Part shown: piece after piece, positions 61,952-64,000 of the stretch
Numbering within the stretch: position 1 is the stretch's first letter
Layout of the letters: every line of letters starts with the position of its first letter
DNA from: Candidatus Bathyarchaeota archaeon
GTDB taxonomy: Archaea > Thermoproteota > Bathyarchaeia > Bathyarchaeales > Bathycorpusculaceae
Direction: 5' to 3'
DNA length: 64,000 nucleotides
Assembly: GCA_963827165.1 (NCBI GenBank)
Contig: CAWGZR010000010.1
Coordinates: 224,001-288,000, forward strand
Position numbers and translations under genes: made by a program
The notes under the pieces: model-generated
Told to the model about the DNA's origin: nothing
Seen by the model: only the letters and a program-made list of their open reading frames with translations
Database searches by the model: none

Positions 61952-62572
61952 TTAAGACAAAATTCGCTTTCCTATAAGCACGCGGAAACCGCTTCCCCTA
62001 GCAAGAACCTCGACATTACCGAAAGTCTCTTCGAAAGCAGCGGGCAAAGTTTTAGAGCCGATTTTGGAGCGAATAACCATCTGGAAGGTCCCTCTATCAG
62101 CCAACACACAGGGGGCACCTGTGATAATTGCTTTAACCGTATCCATACCTGCACTGACAGGCGGATTAGATAAAACGCAGCTGAAAACTTGGTCTTTCAC
62201 AGGCTCATAAAATTTCCCATGGTGCACTTCGGCGTTGAAGGTTTTGTTTTTTTCTATGTTTTTCCTTGCCAAGCGGACAGCCCGTATGTTCACGTCTGTC
62301 ATAACCACATGCAGCTTCGGGTTAAGCTTTGCACCAACAATTCCGACTGCCCCGTAACCGCAGCCGATGTCGAGGACACAGCCTTCCTTGGGCAGCATCA
62401 TCGATTCAATAAGCAGTCTTGTGCCTAAGTCAATGCGTCGCTTCGAAAAAACGCTCGAAGCGGTTAAAAACTCGAAGTTTCTGCCGCAAAGACAGGTTCG
62501 AACCAGCCCGAGGCGTTCCTCAGATTTGGGTGCGCCACTGAAATAATGATCCGTATCATTTTTCAGGTTCAT
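61952..62572 (-). CDS. Class I SAM methyltransferase, RsmC/MTS-like
   Basis: DHYFS, VFSKRRIDLGTRLL, LDIGCGYG, SNPP. Confidence 0.88.
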   Translation of the reverse strand: MNLKNDTDHYFSGAPKSEERLGLVRTCLCGRNFEFLTASSVFSKRRIDLGTRLLIESMMLPKEGCVLDIGCGYGAVGIVGAKLNPKLHVVMTDVNIRAVRLARKNIEKNKTFNAEVHHGKFYEPVKDQVFSCVLSNPPVSAGMDTVKAIITGAPCVLADRGTFQMVIRSKIGSKTLPAAFEETFGNVEVLARGSGFRVLIGKRILS

Positions 62573-63578
62573 GTTTCGACCCTGTCTTCCAAACCTTTGG
62601 GTAAGTACCTCGCTCCATCAAAACACGTTCCAACCCTACCACCGCGCCATGCTTCAAATCCAAAATCTCCTCGCTTGACAAAAGTGATTTGCCCAATGCC
62701 ACAGCTTCACCTTTCAAAGTGAAAACCGCCAAAATCGAACCTTTCCTGATTCCCGCCTCAACCTGTAACACTCCAGGAGCTGTCAAATTTGCGCCGTGAC
62801 ACAGAGCGTCTACAGCTGAGTCGCGAACAACGACTTTAGGCAACAGAGAAAGCGCCTCCTCCATGGGAACGATAAACTTGTGCAGAATCGCTCCATCCTT
62901 TTTGCTTTCCCACTCGCCAAACCAGTAAGCCACATCATGCAAAGTCACCGTGGAAGTGCTGTTCTCAGTGAATGGTCCCGATCGAGTTCGGCGCAACTCC
63001 TGCATGTGTGCGCCTACGCCGAGGATTTCACCGATGTCAAAGCACAATTTTCGTATGTAAGTTCCGGCTTCGCATCCGACGAGAAAGAGAACATTGCGCC
63101 CGTCAGTTTCTAAGTAGTCGATGTAGTAGATACGCCTAGTACGAAGCTGCCGTTTAACTGAAGATCGTAGTGGCGGACGCTGATAAATCTCATCTTCGAA
63201 CTCGCCCAGAACCCGTTTGATATCTGGTTCCGCTGCGTTACCGTGAAGCTTCATAACGCAGACGTATTCTTTGCCGCTGTAGAGAAATGCCTGAACAACC
63301 TTCGTTGCATCCTCCAAGGTAATGGGTAACACCCCGGTTACTTTGGGGTCAAGGGTCCCTCCGTGCCCGATGTTGCTTACCTTCATGATTCTTTTTACCC
63401 ATGCTGCAACTTCATGGCTTGTAGGACCTGCGGGTTTGTCAAGGTTGATCGTGCCATATTTGAGGTATTCTTCGGCGGGTCTTTGCGAGGGTTGATGCCC
63501 ATATTTTGGGTTGGTGCTATCCTGTGCCTTGGTTAATAGTTCCCGTTTAATCTCCCATGGCGGCGTTGTTCTAGGCAT
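62556..63578 (-). CDS. cbf5: H/ACA RNA-guided pseudouridine synthase Cbf5
   Basis: LDKPAGPTSHEV, GHGGTLDP, GTYIRKLC, ELRRTRSG, PUA domain. Confidence 0.96.
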   Translation of the reverse strand: MPRTTPPWEIKRELLTKAQDSTNPKYGHQPSQRPAEEYLKYGTINLDKPAGPTSHEVAAWVKRIMKVSNIGHGGTLDPKVTGVLPITLEDATKVVQAFLYSGKEYVCVMKLHGNAAEPDIKRVLGEFEDEIYQRPPLRSSVKRQLRTRRIYYIDYLETDGRNVLFLVGCEAGTYIRKLCFDIGEILGVGAHMQELRRTRSGPFTENSTSTVTLHDVAYWFGEWESKKDGAILHKFIVPMEEALSLLPKVVVRDSAVDALCHGANLTAPGVLQVEAGIRKGSILAVFTLKGEAVALGKSLLSSEEILDLKHGAVVGLERVLMERGTYPKVWKTGSKHEPEK

Positions 63579-63635
63579 AAAGTGTTCAATCCTAAACTGT
63601 TGATAAGAAAAAGAAACGAGATATTAAAGCTTAAA

Positions 63636-63914
63636 CTATTCAACCTTAACGGTCTGCGTCATTTCCTGAAGTTTGCCTGCAGCCTCTAAAACCTGGGCAA
63701 CCTCGTCGTCAGACGCGCCACGTTTTACCTCTATTTTTTCTTGCAGGGGCATTACATGGTTGATGTTTACGCGTCGCCGCTTGACGCCGGTGACTTTTTT
63801 TGGTCCTGTAACCAGAACGAAGCTTTTATCCATGACATCGATAACGACGCATTTTTTGCCGTTTTCCCGACCGGCTTGCTTTACGCATATTCTTCCAACT
63901 TCTATAGCGGGCAT
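63636..63914 (-). CDS. rpl14e: 50S ribosomal protein eL14
   Basis: [30 protein letters not shown]. Confidence 0.95.
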   Translation of the reverse strand: MPAIEVGRICVKQAGRENGKKCVVIDVMDKSFVLVTGPKKVTGVKRRRVNINHVMPLQEKIEVKRGASDDEVAQVLEAAGKLQEMTQTVKVE

Positions 63915-64000
63915 CCTTAAGTCATCTCCTTGTGAAACAAACATACCGCATTCGGCAGATATAAGCGTAACATAAAATTCGTGTTTTTGAGCTATTTCCG

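Overview
Archaeal chromosomal window, most likely Bathyarchaeia (archaeal-type 16S rRNA, archaeal ribosomal proteins, a PQQ-like beta-propeller surface protein of the kind expanded in that class). Many genes, including essential ribosomal proteins, carry single-base frameshifts, which points to uncorrected long-read indel errors rather than real pseudogenes. Contents: ABC exporter; a threonine-synthase-like/wHTH + ECF S-component + PurM-fold module; two GT2s; a xanthine-dehydrogenase/CODH-like Mo-hydroxylase cluster with XdhC and MocA; FkbM; MgtA; radical SAM; the rpl22-to-secY ribosomal cluster; hypEDCF; a two-intron tRNA-Met; Hsp20s; Sm/L37e; RPA; an orphan Pvc16-like gene; an unlinked 16S rRNA; rsmC-like, cbf5 and rpl14e. 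Best candidate for an undescribed system (3558-6611): a threonine-synthase homolog whose PLP Schiff-base lysine is replaced by Arg and which is fused to a C-terminal winged HTH, followed by palindromic operator-like DNA, a PdxU/HmpT-like ECF S-component and a PurM-fold protein. I infer a PLP-sensing regulator controlling vitamin B6 salvage with a non-PdxK kinase. Also notable: an MgtA-wHTH fusion, a divergent RHH pair beside the tRNA, overlapping BHB introns, and a Zn-ribbon gene with in-frame UGA at a Cys position plus a SECIS-like hairpin.
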